Source: an uncultured Chloroflexia bacterium (GTDB taxonomy: Bacteria > Chloroflexota > Limnocylindria > QHBO01). Taken from it: 64,000 nucleotides of DNA. The DNA lies in the NCBI GenBank assembly GCA_963825525.1, contig CAWGTN010000002.1:1056001-1120000 (forward strand), written 5' to 3'. Below are positions 8,850 to 18,680 of the stretch, in pieces. Position 1 is the first letter of the stretch. The number at the start of each line of letters is the position of its first letter. Both the position numbers and the translations under genes were made by a program. Below the pieces are notes generated by a model, which was not told where the DNA came from, made no database searches, and saw only the letters and a program-made list of their open reading frames with translations.

Positions 8850-10463
8850 TCAAGATCCGCCTGACGTCGGCAGCTCGACCAGGCGAGCGTCCAGGATGCC
8901 GTCGATGTCGCGAATCTGCCGGAGGACGGCATCGGTGACCGGATCGTCGACCGAGACGAACATCATCGCCTCGCCGCGCTCGGACATGCGTGACAGCTCG
9001 AGCGAGCTGATGTTGATCTCCGCATCGGCCAGGAGGGTGCCCACCGATCCGACGATGCCGGGCTTGTCGCGGTGCCGGGTCATGAGCATGAGGCCGATGA
9101 GCTCGGCATCGATGGCGAAGCCGTCGAGTCCCGCGAGGTGTGGCCGGCCGTGGGCGGTGGACCCGGCGAGGGTGAGGATCGGCTCGCCGTCCGCCGGCCC
9201 GATCGAGAGCGCGACGAGCGATGCCCACGGCTCCGACGCGGCGGTTCGCTCCTCGCGGATCGTCATCCCTCGCTCGTGGGCCACCAGGTCGGCATTCACC
9301 GCGTTCACGCGCTGATCGGTGACGGCCTCCAGGATGCCGGCAATCGCCGCCGTCCGGATCGGGGCGCAGTCGCCCGCGGCGATCTCGCCGGCATACGAAA
9401 GGGACAGCGTGTCGAATGCGCCCGGGGCGAGCTGGCGCGCCAGGAGCGCGAGCCGCCGGCCGAGCTCGACGTACGGGCGCAGCTTCTGCCCCGACTCCGG
9501 GGCCAGGGCCGGAGCGTTCACCGCGTGCGGTGGCGTCACGCCGGCCAGTGCCATGAGCACCTGCTCGGCCATCTCGGTGCCGACCCGGTCCTGTGCCTCG
9601 GCCGTCGACGCGCCGAGGTGGGGCGTCAGGATGACGTTGGGAGCCGAGCGCAGCGGGTTGTCCTGGGCCATCGGCTCCGAGGTGAAGACGTCCACGGCAG
9701 CCCCGGCCAGGTGTCCGGACGCCAGCGCGTCGGCCAGGGCCGCCTCGTCGATGATCCCGCCGCGCGCCACGTTGAGCACGAATGCCCCCGGCTTGGTGGC
9801 CTCCAGCTGCGCCCTCCCCAGCAGCCCCCGGGTGTGGGTCGACAGCGGCGTGTGGACGGTGATGACGTCCGAGCGATGCAGCAGCTCGGCCATCCCGACC
9901 AGTCGTGCGCCGGCCTCGCCGACCTGGTCCTCGGTCAGGTACGGGTCGCTGGCGATCACCTTCATCTCGAACCCGAGCGCACGCCGCGCAACCGCCTTGC
10001 CGATCTTCCCGAGCCCCACGATGCCGAGCGTCTTGCCGCGCAGCTCGCGCCCGGTATGCGCGCCACGCTCCCACTCCCCGCGTCGCAGTGACGCATCCGC
10101 GGCCGGGATGCGCCGCAGGAGCGCGAGCATCAGCGCCATGGTGTGCTCGGCGGCCGCGACCGTGTTGCCGGTGGGCGCGTTGACCACCATGACGCCGGCC
10201 CGCGTCGCCGCGTCCACGTCGATGCGGTCGATGCCGACGCTGGCCACGCCGACCACGCTCAATCGCGGCGCCGCCGCCGCCAGGAGCTCCGCGTCGACGC
10301 GGGTCTGCGACCGCACGATGAGCGCGTCCCAGCCGCCGCCCTCCGACAGCGCGCTCAGCAGGGCGTCGCGCTCGAGGCCGGGACGCAGCACGGTCTCGTG
10401 GGCGGCCCGGATCAGCTCGATTCCGGGGTCCGCCACCGGCTCGACGACGAGGATGCGTGCCAT
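8850..10463 (-). CDS. serA: D-3-phosphoglycerate dehydrogenase (type I, with ASB and ACT domains)
   Basis: LIVRSQT, VGIDRID, NAPTGNT, GLGKIG, NVARGG, TPHLGAST.EAQ, C-terminal HRDKPGIVG ACT domain. Confidence 0.95.
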   Translation of the reverse strand: MARILVVEPVADPGIELIRAAHETVLRPGLERDALLSALSEGGGWDALIVRSQTRVDAELLAAAAPRLSVVGVASVGIDRIDVDAATRAGVMVVNAPTGNTVAAAEHTMALMLALLRRIPAADASLRRGEWERGAHTGRELRGKTLGIVGLGKIGKAVARRALGFEMKVIASDPYLTEDQVGEAGARLVGMAELLHRSDVITVHTPLSTHTRGLLGRAQLEATKPGAFVLNVARGGIIDEAALADALASGHLAGAAVDVFTSEPMAQDNPLRSAPNVILTPHLGASTAEAQDRVGTEMAEQVLMALAGVTPPHAVNAPALAPESGQKLRPYVELGRRLALLARQLAPGAFDTLSLSYAGEIAAGDCAPIRTAAIAGILEAVTDQRVNAVNADLVAHERGMTIREERTAASEPWASLVALSIGPADGEPILTLAGSTAHGRPHLAGLDGFAIDAELIGLMLMTRHRDKPGIVGSVGTLLADAEINISSLELSRMSERGEAMMFVSVDDPVTDAVLRQIRDIDGILDARLVELPTSGGS

Positions 10464-10472
10464 GCCGCGAGT

Positions 10473-11381
10473 CTAGCGGGGGTCGGAGTGGTGACTCCGA
10501 CCAGCGAGCTTCGCGAGTCCCGCGGAGAGACTCACGGACGGCTCCCAGCCGAGATCACGGCGAATCGCGTCCACGCGCAGGACGGACGACCGAACGTCGC
10601 CCGGCCGGCGTGCGGTGCGTGCGACGTCGAGCGTGACTCCGTACGCCGCCTCCACCGCGGTTACCAGCTGGTTGATCGTGGTGGCGACGCCGCTCGCGAC
10701 GTTCCACGTTCCGGAGTCAGACGAGAGAAGCATCGCTTCCAGCGCGCCCACAACGTCGTCGACGTGAACGAAGTCGCGAACCTGCTCCCCGTCGCCGTGC
10801 ACGGTGATCGGTGCTCCCTGGCTGGCGGCGCGGCAGAAGATCGCGATGACCCCGCCCTCGAGATCTGCGCGTTGCCCGGCACCGAACGCATTGGAGAGCC
10901 GCGCGACGGCGTGCGACATGCCGCTCAGGCGCACATATCCCTCGGCCGCGAGCTTGTGGATTCCGTAGTAGCTCTCCGGCGCTGAAGTCGTGCTCTCGTC
11001 AGCGCCAGTCGTGTCCCCGTAGATGGCGCCGCCGCTGGAGATGAACACGAGCCGTTGTGCCTTGGCCCGCCGAGCACCCTCGATGACGTGCGCGGTTCCG
11101 ATGAGGTTCACCGCACGGTCGGCCGCAGGATCTTCCATCGACCTGTGGACACTGACCTGGGCCGCCGCATGGACGATGTGCGTCGGCCGGAGCTCGGCGA
11201 TCGCCGTGACCGTATCGGCGGAGGTGATGTCCTGGCGCACGAGCCGCACCTCCGACGGGAGCCGTTCTCCTTCGCCGGAGCTCAGGTCATCGATGACGAC
11301 AACCTCGGTGCCCTGCTCACACAGCCGATGCACGAGGTGCGACCCGATGAACCCGGCACCGCCGGTCACGAGGACCTTCAT
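10473..11381 (-). CDS. NAD-dependent epimerase/dehydratase (UDP-glucose 4-epimerase-like)
   Basis: MKVLVTGGAGFIGSH, AAQVSV, SSGGAIYG, YGIHK, GDGEQVRDFVHV. Confidence 0.88.
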   Translation of the reverse strand: MKVLVTGGAGFIGSHLVHRLCEQGTEVVVIDDLSSGEGERLPSEVRLVRQDITSADTVTAIAELRPTHIVHAAAQVSVHRSMEDPAADRAVNLIGTAHVIEGARRAKAQRLVFISSGGAIYGDTTGADESTTSAPESYYGIHKLAAEGYVRLSGMSHAVARLSNAFGAGQRADLEGGVIAIFCRAASQGAPITVHGDGEQVRDFVHVDDVVGALEAMLLSSDSGTWNVASGVATTINQLVTAVEAAYGVTLDVARTARRPGDVRSSVLRVDAIRRDLGWEPSVSLSAGLAKLAGRSHHSDPR

Positions 11382-11554
11382 CGCGCCGCCCGCGATCGGT
11401 GACGCGGCGCGCAGCGCGTTTGGATCGGCGAGGAGGGGAGGTGCATGGCCGAAGTCTAACGCGTGCCCACGCGCGGTCGGAGGTGTCACAATCGGTCAAT
11501 GCATGGATCCACGCGGGCACTCGTGGACGTCGCACAACAAGGGTGGGCTCGGAT

Positions 11555-12964
11555 TTGATCCGACGGCACATGATGGCCCTGCGCCTCGGGCTGATGGTCG
11601 GTGACGCGGCAAGCGCGATTCTCGTGTTCCTGGCCGTCTCAGCTCTTCGCTTCCGTGACGGGGACTCCGGCCAGCTGTGGCAGGCGCTGGGCATCGACAT
11701 CCGATTCGCTGCGGCCAGCTTCGCACTGACCTGGGTCGCGGTGCTGTGGATGTCCGGCCTGTACCGTCTCAGCGTTCGCTGGCGCCTGTGGACCGAGGTG
11801 CGCGACATCGCTCGCGCGACACTGCTGGTCATCGCATTGACCCTGTCGTTCCTGTTCCTGGTCAAGCAGGACGACGTCAGCCGCCTCTTCCTCGCATTTT
11901 TGTTCATCGCGCAGCCGTCGGTCACCCTGCTGGGTCGGATCGCCCTCCGCGGCGTCTTCGAGGCACTCCGCAGCCAAGGCCGTGACCCCCGCTACATGCT
12001 CATCGCCGGGACCGGGACGTTCGCCCAGGAGTTTGCCGATCGGGTCGAGAGCCACCCGGGGCTCGGGTTGAACGTCATCGGGCATCTCGTCGCCCCCGAG
12101 GAACGCGAGTGGGCGGTCACCCGCCCGATCCTGGGTTCCGTCGAGGACATCGAGGACATCCTCCACTCGCGCGTGGTTGACGAGGTCGCCGTCTGTCTGC
12201 CACCCGTGGCGGCTCACTTCCTGGAGCCGATCACGGGCGTGGCTGCCGGTGAGGGCAAGACCGTCCGCGTCGCGGTCGACCCCGTCGAAGAGGTCCTCCC
12301 CGGTGCGGTCCAGGAGGAGTTCGACGGCTTCCTGGTGCGGTCGCTCATCCACGATGGTCAACGCGAAGTCGGGCTCGTCGTCAAGCGGGTCATCGACATC
12401 GTGGGTGCCGCAGTGGGACTCGTCGTGCTGAGCCCGGTCCTTGTCGCGACCGCGCTGGCCGTTCGCATCTCCGATGGCTCGCCCATCATGTTCCGGCAGA
12501 CGCGCGTCGGGCTCCAGGGTCGGCCGTTCACCATCTATAAGTTCCGCACCATGGTGGTCGGCGCGGAGGATCGGCTGGGGGAGGTTCGCCACCTGAACGA
12601 GCGGAGCGGGGCGGCGTTCAAGGCAGCCGACGACCCGCGCATGACCAGCATCGGGCGATGGTTGCGCAAGACGTCCGTCGACGAGCTACCGCAGCTGTGG
12701 AACGTGCTCACCGGCTCGATGAGCCTCGTGGGTCCGCGGCCGCCGCTGCCGGACGAGGTCGCCGAGTACGACGTGTGGCATCGGCGCCGGCTCAGCATGA
12801 AGCCCGGCATCACCGGCCTGTGGCAGGTCGAAGCCCGCCACGAGCCCGACTTTGACCGCTGGGTCGAGCACGACCTGATCTACATCGATGGCTGGTCCAT
12901 CTGGCTCGACCTGAAGATCCTGGCGAAGACCATCCCCGCACTCGTGATGCACGGCGGCCACTGA
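11555..12964 (+). CDS. Polyprenyl glycosylphosphotransferase (WcaJ/WbaP-type initiating sugar transferase)
   Basis: N-terminal TM helices, KRVIDIV, YKFRTM, DPRMT.IGRWLRKTSVDELPQLWNV, GSMSLVGPRP, KPGITGLWQV. Start placed at TTG 11555 (ATG 11570 is an alternative). Confidence 0.93.
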   Translation: MIRRHMMALRLGLMVGDAASAILVFLAVSALRFRDGDSGQLWQALGIDIRFAAASFALTWVAVLWMSGLYRLSVRWRLWTEVRDIARATLLVIALTLSFLFLVKQDDVSRLFLAFLFIAQPSVTLLGRIALRGVFEALRSQGRDPRYMLIAGTGTFAQEFADRVESHPGLGLNVIGHLVAPEEREWAVTRPILGSVEDIEDILHSRVVDEVAVCLPPVAAHFLEPITGVAAGEGKTVRVAVDPVEEVLPGAVQEEFDGFLVRSLIHDGQREVGLVVKRVIDIVGAAVGLVVLSPVLVATALAVRISDGSPIMFRQTRVGLQGRPFTIYKFRTMVVGAEDRLGEVRHLNERSGAAFKAADDPRMTSIGRWLRKTSVDELPQLWNVLTGSMSLVGPRPPLPDEVAEYDVWHRRRLSMKPGITGLWQVEARHEPDFDRWVEHDLIYIDGWSIWLDLKILAKTIPALVMHGGH

Positions 12965-12967
12965 GGG

Positions 12968-14272
12968 TCACTCACCACCGGCGCTCGGCGCCGCCCCACC
13001 CGTCGGATCGTACCGGTATGCCGTGCGACTCAGGAGGAGCCCGTACACCAGGTGGCTCCCCGCCATGCCGAGCGCAATGCCGGTGATACCGAGCAGCGAG
13101 CCCCCGACCACCATCAGGAGAACCGAGACTGCGGCGGCTGCCAGCTGGGCTGCCAGATACCGCCACTGACCGCCCATCACGTTCAGGTAGTTGCCGTACC
13201 CGGTGAGGAGAGCGAGGAGCACGTAGCCGATGCTCAGGATCACGACGGCCGCCCGCGCCGCCTCGTAGTCGGGCAGGAGGATAGGGATCGCCATGACCGA
13301 GAACAGCACGAGCCCCAGCGCGATCGGGGCCACGACTGCCGCGGCCACGAGGCCCTGCCGCCTCGCCATGGACAGGAGCTCCGCGCGGCCAGCTCCGTGC
13401 CCGAGCGCCATCGCCATGCGCGGGTACGTCTGCTGTGACACGACGCCGGGGATCACGAGCATCGCCGTCGCGATGAGACTCGCCAGCGCATACGGCGCGG
13501 CGTCCACCAGGCCCAGGAGGGTGATCGCCATCCAGCGGTCGAGCGTCACGAAAATGCTGAACACGAGTCCGGCAACCATGATCGGGAAGCCGATGGACGC
13601 GAGTCGAGTCAGGTCCTGGGTCGTCCATCCGCCCCACTGGCGCGGAGCCGTCCCGAACATGCCCGCGCCCATCGCGATCACCGTCGGCGCGGCGTAGAGC
13701 AATGCTGCGCCCACGAGATCGTCCGCGATCCCGACCCACAGGATCAGCGTGGAGACGGCCATGAGGACGCCGAAGAGCGCCTGCTGAGCCGCAGCTGCGC
13801 CGAACCGGAGCGTGGAACGGAGGATGAACTGCTGGATGCCGACAACGATCGTGGCCGGCACCAGGAGCGCCATTGCCACCCCGAGCGATGCCGCGGACGG
13901 CGCCAGAAGGACCACCATGAGCGCCGCGAACAGCACGGCGGCTACTGCGGCAAGCGTCGCAAACCACGTCGCGGCGATCCCTCGATCCGCATCGCTGCTG
14001 CGGCCGCTGGCGATGAGAATGGGCAGCTCGCGGCTGAGCCCATTGCTCACGCCGAGGAGGAGTGAGGGCGCGTACACGAGCACCGAGATCACCAGCACCC
14101 ACGACGTGAAGTCCGCCGGCTCGAGAGCTCGTGCCGCGGCGAGCGAGAAGGCGAAGCGGGCACCCTGGTAGATGACGGTCGACGTCGTGAGCATCGCGAA
14201 TTCGCGTGGCCTGAAGGACCGGAGATCTGGTCGCGGTGATTCGCGGACGACTTCGGGTCGCGCGGACCTCAT
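12968..14272 (-). CDS. Oligosaccharide flippase family (Wzx/MOP) membrane protein
   Basis: About 12 hydrophobic segments, LDRWM motif, YPRM. Directly downstream of pseI. Confidence 0.75.
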   Translation of the reverse strand: MRSARPEVVRESPRPDLRSFRPREFAMLTTSTVIYQGARFAFSLAAARALEPADFTSWVLVISVLVYAPSLLLGVSNGLSRELPILIASGRSSDADRGIAATWFATLAAVAAVLFAALMVVLLAPSAASLGVAMALLVPATIVVGIQQFILRSTLRFGAAAAQQALFGVLMAVSTLILWVGIADDLVGAALLYAAPTVIAMGAGMFGTAPRQWGGWTTQDLTRLASIGFPIMVAGLVFSIFVTLDRWMAITLLGLVDAAPYALASLIATAMLVIPGVVSQQTYPRMAMALGHGAGRAELLSMARRQGLVAAAVVAPIALGLVLFSVMAIPILLPDYEAARAAVVILSIGYVLLALLTGYGNYLNVMGGQWRYLAAQLAAAAVSVLLMVVGGSLLGITGIALGMAGSHLVYGLLLSRTAYRYDPTGGAAPSAGGE

Positions 14273-15333
14273 TCGGGCTCGATCATGTCCCAGGTCAGCG
14301 GCGTCCCGCGCGATACGTCGCGCTCAGCCGTGCGTCCGATCACCTCGTCGAGGTGGCGTGTGTGGAGGCCATGCCCCGGGCGGATGCTGCGGACATTCTC
14401 AGGGGTGAAGCTTTCGCCTGCGGCAACGTCCTCAACGATGAACAGAGAACGTCGCAGCGCTCGGTTACCGAGCTCGCGCTCCGTGGGCGTGTAACTCACC
14501 TCGCCCAGGGCCTGCTCAGCGACGCGGATCTGGCTGACCATCTCGGCGAACTCATGGGGTTCAAGTGAGAATCCGCTGTCCGGTCCGCCATCGCTGCGGC
14601 GCAGGGTGAAGTGCTTCTCCACGATGGCTGCCCCCCTCGCCACGGCGGCCACCGGAACGGCGATTCCCATGGTGTGGTCGGAAAGGCCAACCGGAACGTC
14701 GAACGCGTCGGCCATGTGCGGAATGGTGTTGAGGTTGACCTCGCTCGGGGGCGCCGGGTAGGCACTGGTGCACTTGAGAAGTGCAATCTCGGCGGCTCCC
14801 GCCTCCCGAGCCGCACTGAGCGCTTCCGCGATCTCTTCGAAGCTCGCCATGCCGGTCGAGATGATCACCGGCTTCCCGGTGGACGCGACCCGCTTGATGA
14901 GGCCCATGTCGACGATCTCGTTGGATGCAATCTTGTATGCCGGGACGTCGAGCGTCTCGAGGAGGGCGACTGCGCTGTCGTCGAACGGGGACGAGAAGAA
15001 CTGGATCTCGCTGATCGCAGCCTGGCGTGCGAGCTCGGGGAACCAATCCCACGGCGTGAATGCTTCCCGGTAGAGGTCGTAGAGCATGCGGCCATCCCAG
15101 ACGGTGCCGGCGGCAATCCGAAACTCCGGCCGGTCGGAGTCGATCGTGATCGTGTCGGCCGTGTAGGTCTGAAACTTCACCGCGTCCGCGCCCGCGCGCG
15201 CCGCCTCGTGAATCATCGCCACCGCGCGCTCGAGCTCCTGGTTGTGGTTGGCAGAGATCTCGGCGATGACGTAGGTCGGTGAACCGGGCCCGATGAGCCG
15301 GTTTCCGATGCGAATGTGGCGAGAATTGCCCAT
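14269..15333 (-). CDS. pseI: Pseudaminic acid synthase (NeuB family with SAF domain)
   Basis: IAEISANHNQ, AVKFQTY, YKIAS, STGMA, LLKCTSAYPA, GLSDHT, EKHFT, RPGHGL. Confidence 0.92.
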   Translation of the reverse strand: MGNSRHIRIGNRLIGPGSPTYVIAEISANHNQELERAVAMIHEAARAGADAVKFQTYTADTITIDSDRPEFRIAAGTVWDGRMLYDLYREAFTPWDWFPELARQAAISEIQFFSSPFDDSAVALLETLDVPAYKIASNEIVDMGLIKRVASTGKPVIISTGMASFEEIAEALSAAREAGAAEIALLKCTSAYPAPPSEVNLNTIPHMADAFDVPVGLSDHTMGIAVPVAAVARGAAIVEKHFTLRRSDGGPDSGFSLEPHEFAEMVSQIRVAEQALGEVSYTPTERELGNRALRRSLFIVEDVAAGESFTPENVRSIRPGHGLHTRHLDEVIGRTAERDVSRGTPLTWDMIEPE

Positions 15334-15339
15334 GCCTGC

Positions 15340-15346
15340 GACCATA
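15340..15346. promoter_or_regulatory. Overlapping divergent -10 elements for pseI and the cytidylyltransferase
   Basis: - strand TGG-TATGGT-7nt-ATG(15333). + strand GACCAT-6nt-GTG(15352). Confidence 0.45.
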
Positions 15347-15351
15347 CCACC

Positions 15352-16128
15352 GTGCCATCTCGCACCGCAGACCCGACCGTGACGACGAGACCGTCACCTC
15401 CGCTGGCAGTGATCGTCCAGGCTCGGATGGGCTCCACTCGACTGCCCGGCAAGGTCCTGCGCGAGGTTGACGGTCGGCCCCTGCTCGATGTCCTTCTTGA
15501 ACGGCTCGAGCGTGTCGCAACGCCGCACGTGACGGTTGTCGCCACCACCACCCTCGCCGAGGACGACCCGATCGAGCGCCTCTGCACGAAGCGTGGAGTC
15601 CTGACCTACCGAGGAAGCTCCGATGACGTGCTGGATCGGTACCAGCGAGCGGCGGCGGAAGTCGGCGCACAGGTCATCGTCCGCGTCACCGGGGACTGCC
15701 CGATCATCGACCCCGACATCATCGACAGGGTGATCAATCTCTTCGCTGCTGATGACTGCGACTACGCGTCGAATACGCTGGAGCGGACATTTCCTCGTGG
15801 GCTGGATGTCGAGGTCTGCTCGCGCAGCGCACTCGACGAGGCGGCGGCCGAAGCGCGCGCGCCCTTCGAGCGGGAACACGTCACGCCCTTTCTCTACGGC
15901 CACCCCGAACGGTTCCGGCTCTGCAACCTTGCGAACGATCGTGATGAGGGCAACGAGCGTTGGACGGTCGACACGGCCGAGGACTTCGACCTGATTGCTC
16001 GGATCATTCGAGCGCTTCCCCCGGCTCCCCTCGAGTCGGGCCTCGACACCGTCCGGGCGCTCCTCGACGCGCACCCGGAGTGGCGGCAGATCAACGCTCA
16101 CGTCGGCCAGAAGAGGCTGGGAGATTGA
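15352..16128 (+). CDS. SpsF-type acylneuraminate cytidylyltransferase (probable CMP-pseudaminate synthetase)
   Basis: QARMGSTRLPGKVL, RGSSDDVLDRY, VRVTGDCP, FPRGLDVE, REHVTP, RWTVDT.ED. Start GTG 15352 or 15379. Confidence 0.88.
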   Translation: MPSRTADPTVTTRPSPPLAVIVQARMGSTRLPGKVLREVDGRPLLDVLLERLERVATPHVTVVATTTLAEDDPIERLCTKRGVLTYRGSSDDVLDRYQRAAAEVGAQVIVRVTGDCPIIDPDIIDRVINLFAADDCDYASNTLERTFPRGLDVEVCSRSALDEAAAEARAPFEREHVTPFLYGHPERFRLCNLANDRDEGNERWTVDTAEDFDLIARIIRALPPAPLESGLDTVRALLDAHPEWRQINAHVGQKRLGD

Positions 16129-16816
16129 TCAGGAGCTGAGCAACAGCTCCGCGATGGTCGAGAACGGATCGGCGTACCGATCGGCCTCGACCTCGATGCT
16201 GTCGGGAAGAATCGGAAACGTCGCCGAAGGCGCACGGACTCGAATCGTTGCCATGCCGGCGGTCCGGGCGCCACCGAAGTCCTTGTACGGATCGTTCCCG
16301 ACGTAGGTGATGTGCGAGGGGGCGATCCCCAGCAGCTCCGCCGCCACGCGATAGGGCGCGGGGGACGGCTTTGCCATCTCGATCGGCAGCTCCCCCACGA
16401 TCACGATGGCGTCAAAGTCCAGCCCGAGAGCCGGAGCCAGGGCCGCGAGCTTCCGACGCTGCACGCTGGGCGATCCGTCGGTGAGGACTCCCATGCGGAA
16501 CTCGGCCGCAGCGAGTTCCTGCAGGATGGCCGGCACATCGGGATACGGCGTCGAGGGTCGGAACATGCGACCGGTAGAGGTAGAGCATGGTCGGCAACGT
16601 CTCGGGCCCGGCCGCCAGGTTCAGCTCCTCGAGCAGGAGGTCAAACACCCTGCCCCGGCCTTGCTCATGCAGAAGGGTCCACATCCGGGACGCTGCAGCC
16701 GTTCCGTCGACGCCGTGGCGGCGCTCGAGATACTCGGCAACTGCGGCAAATCCTCCTCGGACGAAGTCCAGCTCCGGATAGAGCGTGTCGTCGAGGTCGA
16801 AGACGACGGCCCTCAT
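16129..16816 (-). CDS. HAD-family hydrolase, +1 frameshift near 16552
   Basis: MRAVVFDLDDTLY (motif I) in one frame. LTDG, AKPSP and YVGNDPYKDF in the next frame. Confidence 0.85.
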
Positions 16817-17775
16817 CGCTGCTTCACCAGCTGATCCGAGGGCAGGAACACGTCGTCGGTATGGCGGAGCATGACCAATCCATCCGTGATCGTCCGCGCG
16901 TCGTGCAGCACGTCGTGGCCGCGGACAAGGCGGACGAGGTACTCCGGGGTCGGTGCGCCCGCGGCCCAGCCGAGCGCTGCCGCACCACCGAACCGTGGGT
17001 TGACCTCGATCGCGAGAACTCCCGCATCCGAGACGAAGGCCTGGATCGTGACGTGGCCGCGGAACGACAGGACCTCGGCCATGCGTCGTGAGACCGACAG
17101 GAGGTCCTCTCGCATCTCCACGCGGCCAACCCAACTCTCGCCGCTCACCGTGCGGATCCTCTGACGGGAAACGACAGAGACCACATCCCCGTCGAAGTCG
17201 GCGAGCAGGTCGATCGTGTACTCGGGCGCCTCGATGAGGTCCTGCACGACGAACTGATCCCAGGCGCCGCCCGTGGCACGATCGAGCTCTGCACGGTCGC
17301 GCACGGCCGCGACACCGATCCCCCCCTTCCCCGACCTCGGGCGCACGAATGCGGGGAACCTCACGTCGCCAGGGTTGGCATATCGACCCGCCACCCCGAT
17401 ATCGTTCTCGACACAGAAGCCGTGGAAGGCGAGCTTATCCTGGCAGGTCTCCACGGTGTGAAGGTCCGACACCGCGACGCGGACGCCGAGCCCCTCGAGC
17501 CGATTCCGCGCGGCCGCAAATACCGGCAGCTCCTCGTCACGGGTCGGAACGATGAGATCGATCTGGTGGCGTTCGCAGATCTCGACCATGGCGTCGACGA
17601 ACGCGGGCGCATCACTTCGGGGCACGATCTCGATCATGTCAGCCACGTAGAGGGCGGCCGAAAGGGGATCCACGTCGGCAGCAACGACCTCGCCACCGCC
17701 CGTCCGTTCGAGCGCCGCCCTGAATGCACGCACCAGGGAAACCTTGTTCGATGCGCTGGTGATGAGAACCCTCAC
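16813..17775 (-). CDS. ATP-grasp domain protein (carbamoyl-phosphate synthase-like ligase)
   Basis: VLITSA, IVPTRDEEL, CQDK, FVRPRSGKGG, EYTID, IEVNPRFGG. GTG start overlaps the upstream stop. Confidence 0.88.
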   Translation of the reverse strand: MRVLITSASNKVSLVRAFRAALERTGGGEVVAADVDPLSAALYVADMIEIVPRSDAPAFVDAMVEICERHQIDLIVPTRDEELPVFAAARNRLEGLGVRVAVSDLHTVETCQDKLAFHGFCVENDIGVAGRYANPGDVRFPAFVRPRSGKGGIGVAAVRDRAELDRATGGAWDQFVVQDLIEAPEYTIDLLADFDGDVVSVVSRQRIRTVSGESWVGRVEMREDLLSVSRRMAEVLSFRGHVTIQAFVSDAGVLAIEVNPRFGGAAALGWAAGAPTPEYLVRLVRGHDVLHDARTITDGLVMLRHTDDVFLPSDQLVKQR

Positions 17776-18680
17776 CGCGCGCGCCTCCCGACGATCATCG
17801 AGTTCCGGCCCATGCCCACGCTGACCATGGCACGACCGAACTCTCGACGGGCGTCGGCGCCCATTGCCAGATCGGCCTCGCGCCGACGCAGATGGCATTC
17901 TCGGCCGACCTCGGGGTCGTCCAGATAGTTCGATCCCATCAGGAGGAACAGCTCCATCGGAAAGTCGGTCTGGGTGCTCAGGACCTCGAACCCACGATCC
18001 TCCAGGAGCTGGCCCAGGCTTTCATGGTCGAAGTAGTTGATGTGGTCCGGGGCAACGATCCACCACGGGGCCCGTCCCAGCTTCGTCTGAGCAGCCAGCT
18101 GGAGCGGATTGAAATCGTTCGGGACCCGCACCACGACCAGGCCGCCCACGGGCAGCAGGTCGCGTACGCGGTCGCAGAAGGCGACCGGGTCCGGCAGATG
18201 CTCGAGCACGTTGAGTGCGGAGACGACGCCAAACGTCGTATCTCGCGGGTGAGTGACCAGGTATTCCTCGAGCATCAGGGGCAGGACACGGCGACCGTGC
18301 GATTGGGCGAAGGCCGCAGCACCCTCGGATGGCTCGAGTCCGAGCGGCTGGTCCCACCCCGCGGTCGCCAGCTCCTCGAGCCACTCGCCAGTTCCTGCGC
18401 CGATATCCAGCGCCGAGCGGGGCAGGTTTGGGTCGCGATGCTGCTCGAGCGTGGAGAGGATGTCCGCGAAGAGCGTTTGACGGAGCCAGTCGCGTTCTGC
18501 GTCCGCTTCCGGGCCTCCGGCGAGGAGACGCCGCAGATCGGGTGCGCGCCGCTGTCGCGATGCGAGATCGGCGTAGGCGCTCTGGTAGAACCGCTGAAGA
18601 TCGTCGGCGCTTGGGATCGGGTCGAGGCGGCGGTAGCCCCATGGCAGCACCTCGACGGTGTTCGGCTCGTGCGAACTCAC
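17772..18680 (-). CDS. Class I SAM-dependent methyltransferase
   Basis: LDIGAGTG, NVLEHLPDP, VRVPND, PDHINYF. Confidence 0.88.
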   Translation of the reverse strand: MSSHEPNTVEVLPWGYRRLDPIPSADDLQRFYQSAYADLASRQRRAPDLRRLLAGGPEADAERDWLRQTLFADILSTLEQHRDPNLPRSALDIGAGTGEWLEELATAGWDQPLGLEPSEGAAAFAQSHGRRVLPLMLEEYLVTHPRDTTFGVVSALNVLEHLPDPVAFCDRVRDLLPVGGLVVVRVPNDFNPLQLAAQTKLGRAPWWIVAPDHINYFDHESLGQLLEDRGFEVLSTQTDFPMELFLLMGSNYLDDPEVGRECHLRRREADLAMGADARREFGRAMVSVGMGRNSMIVGRRAR

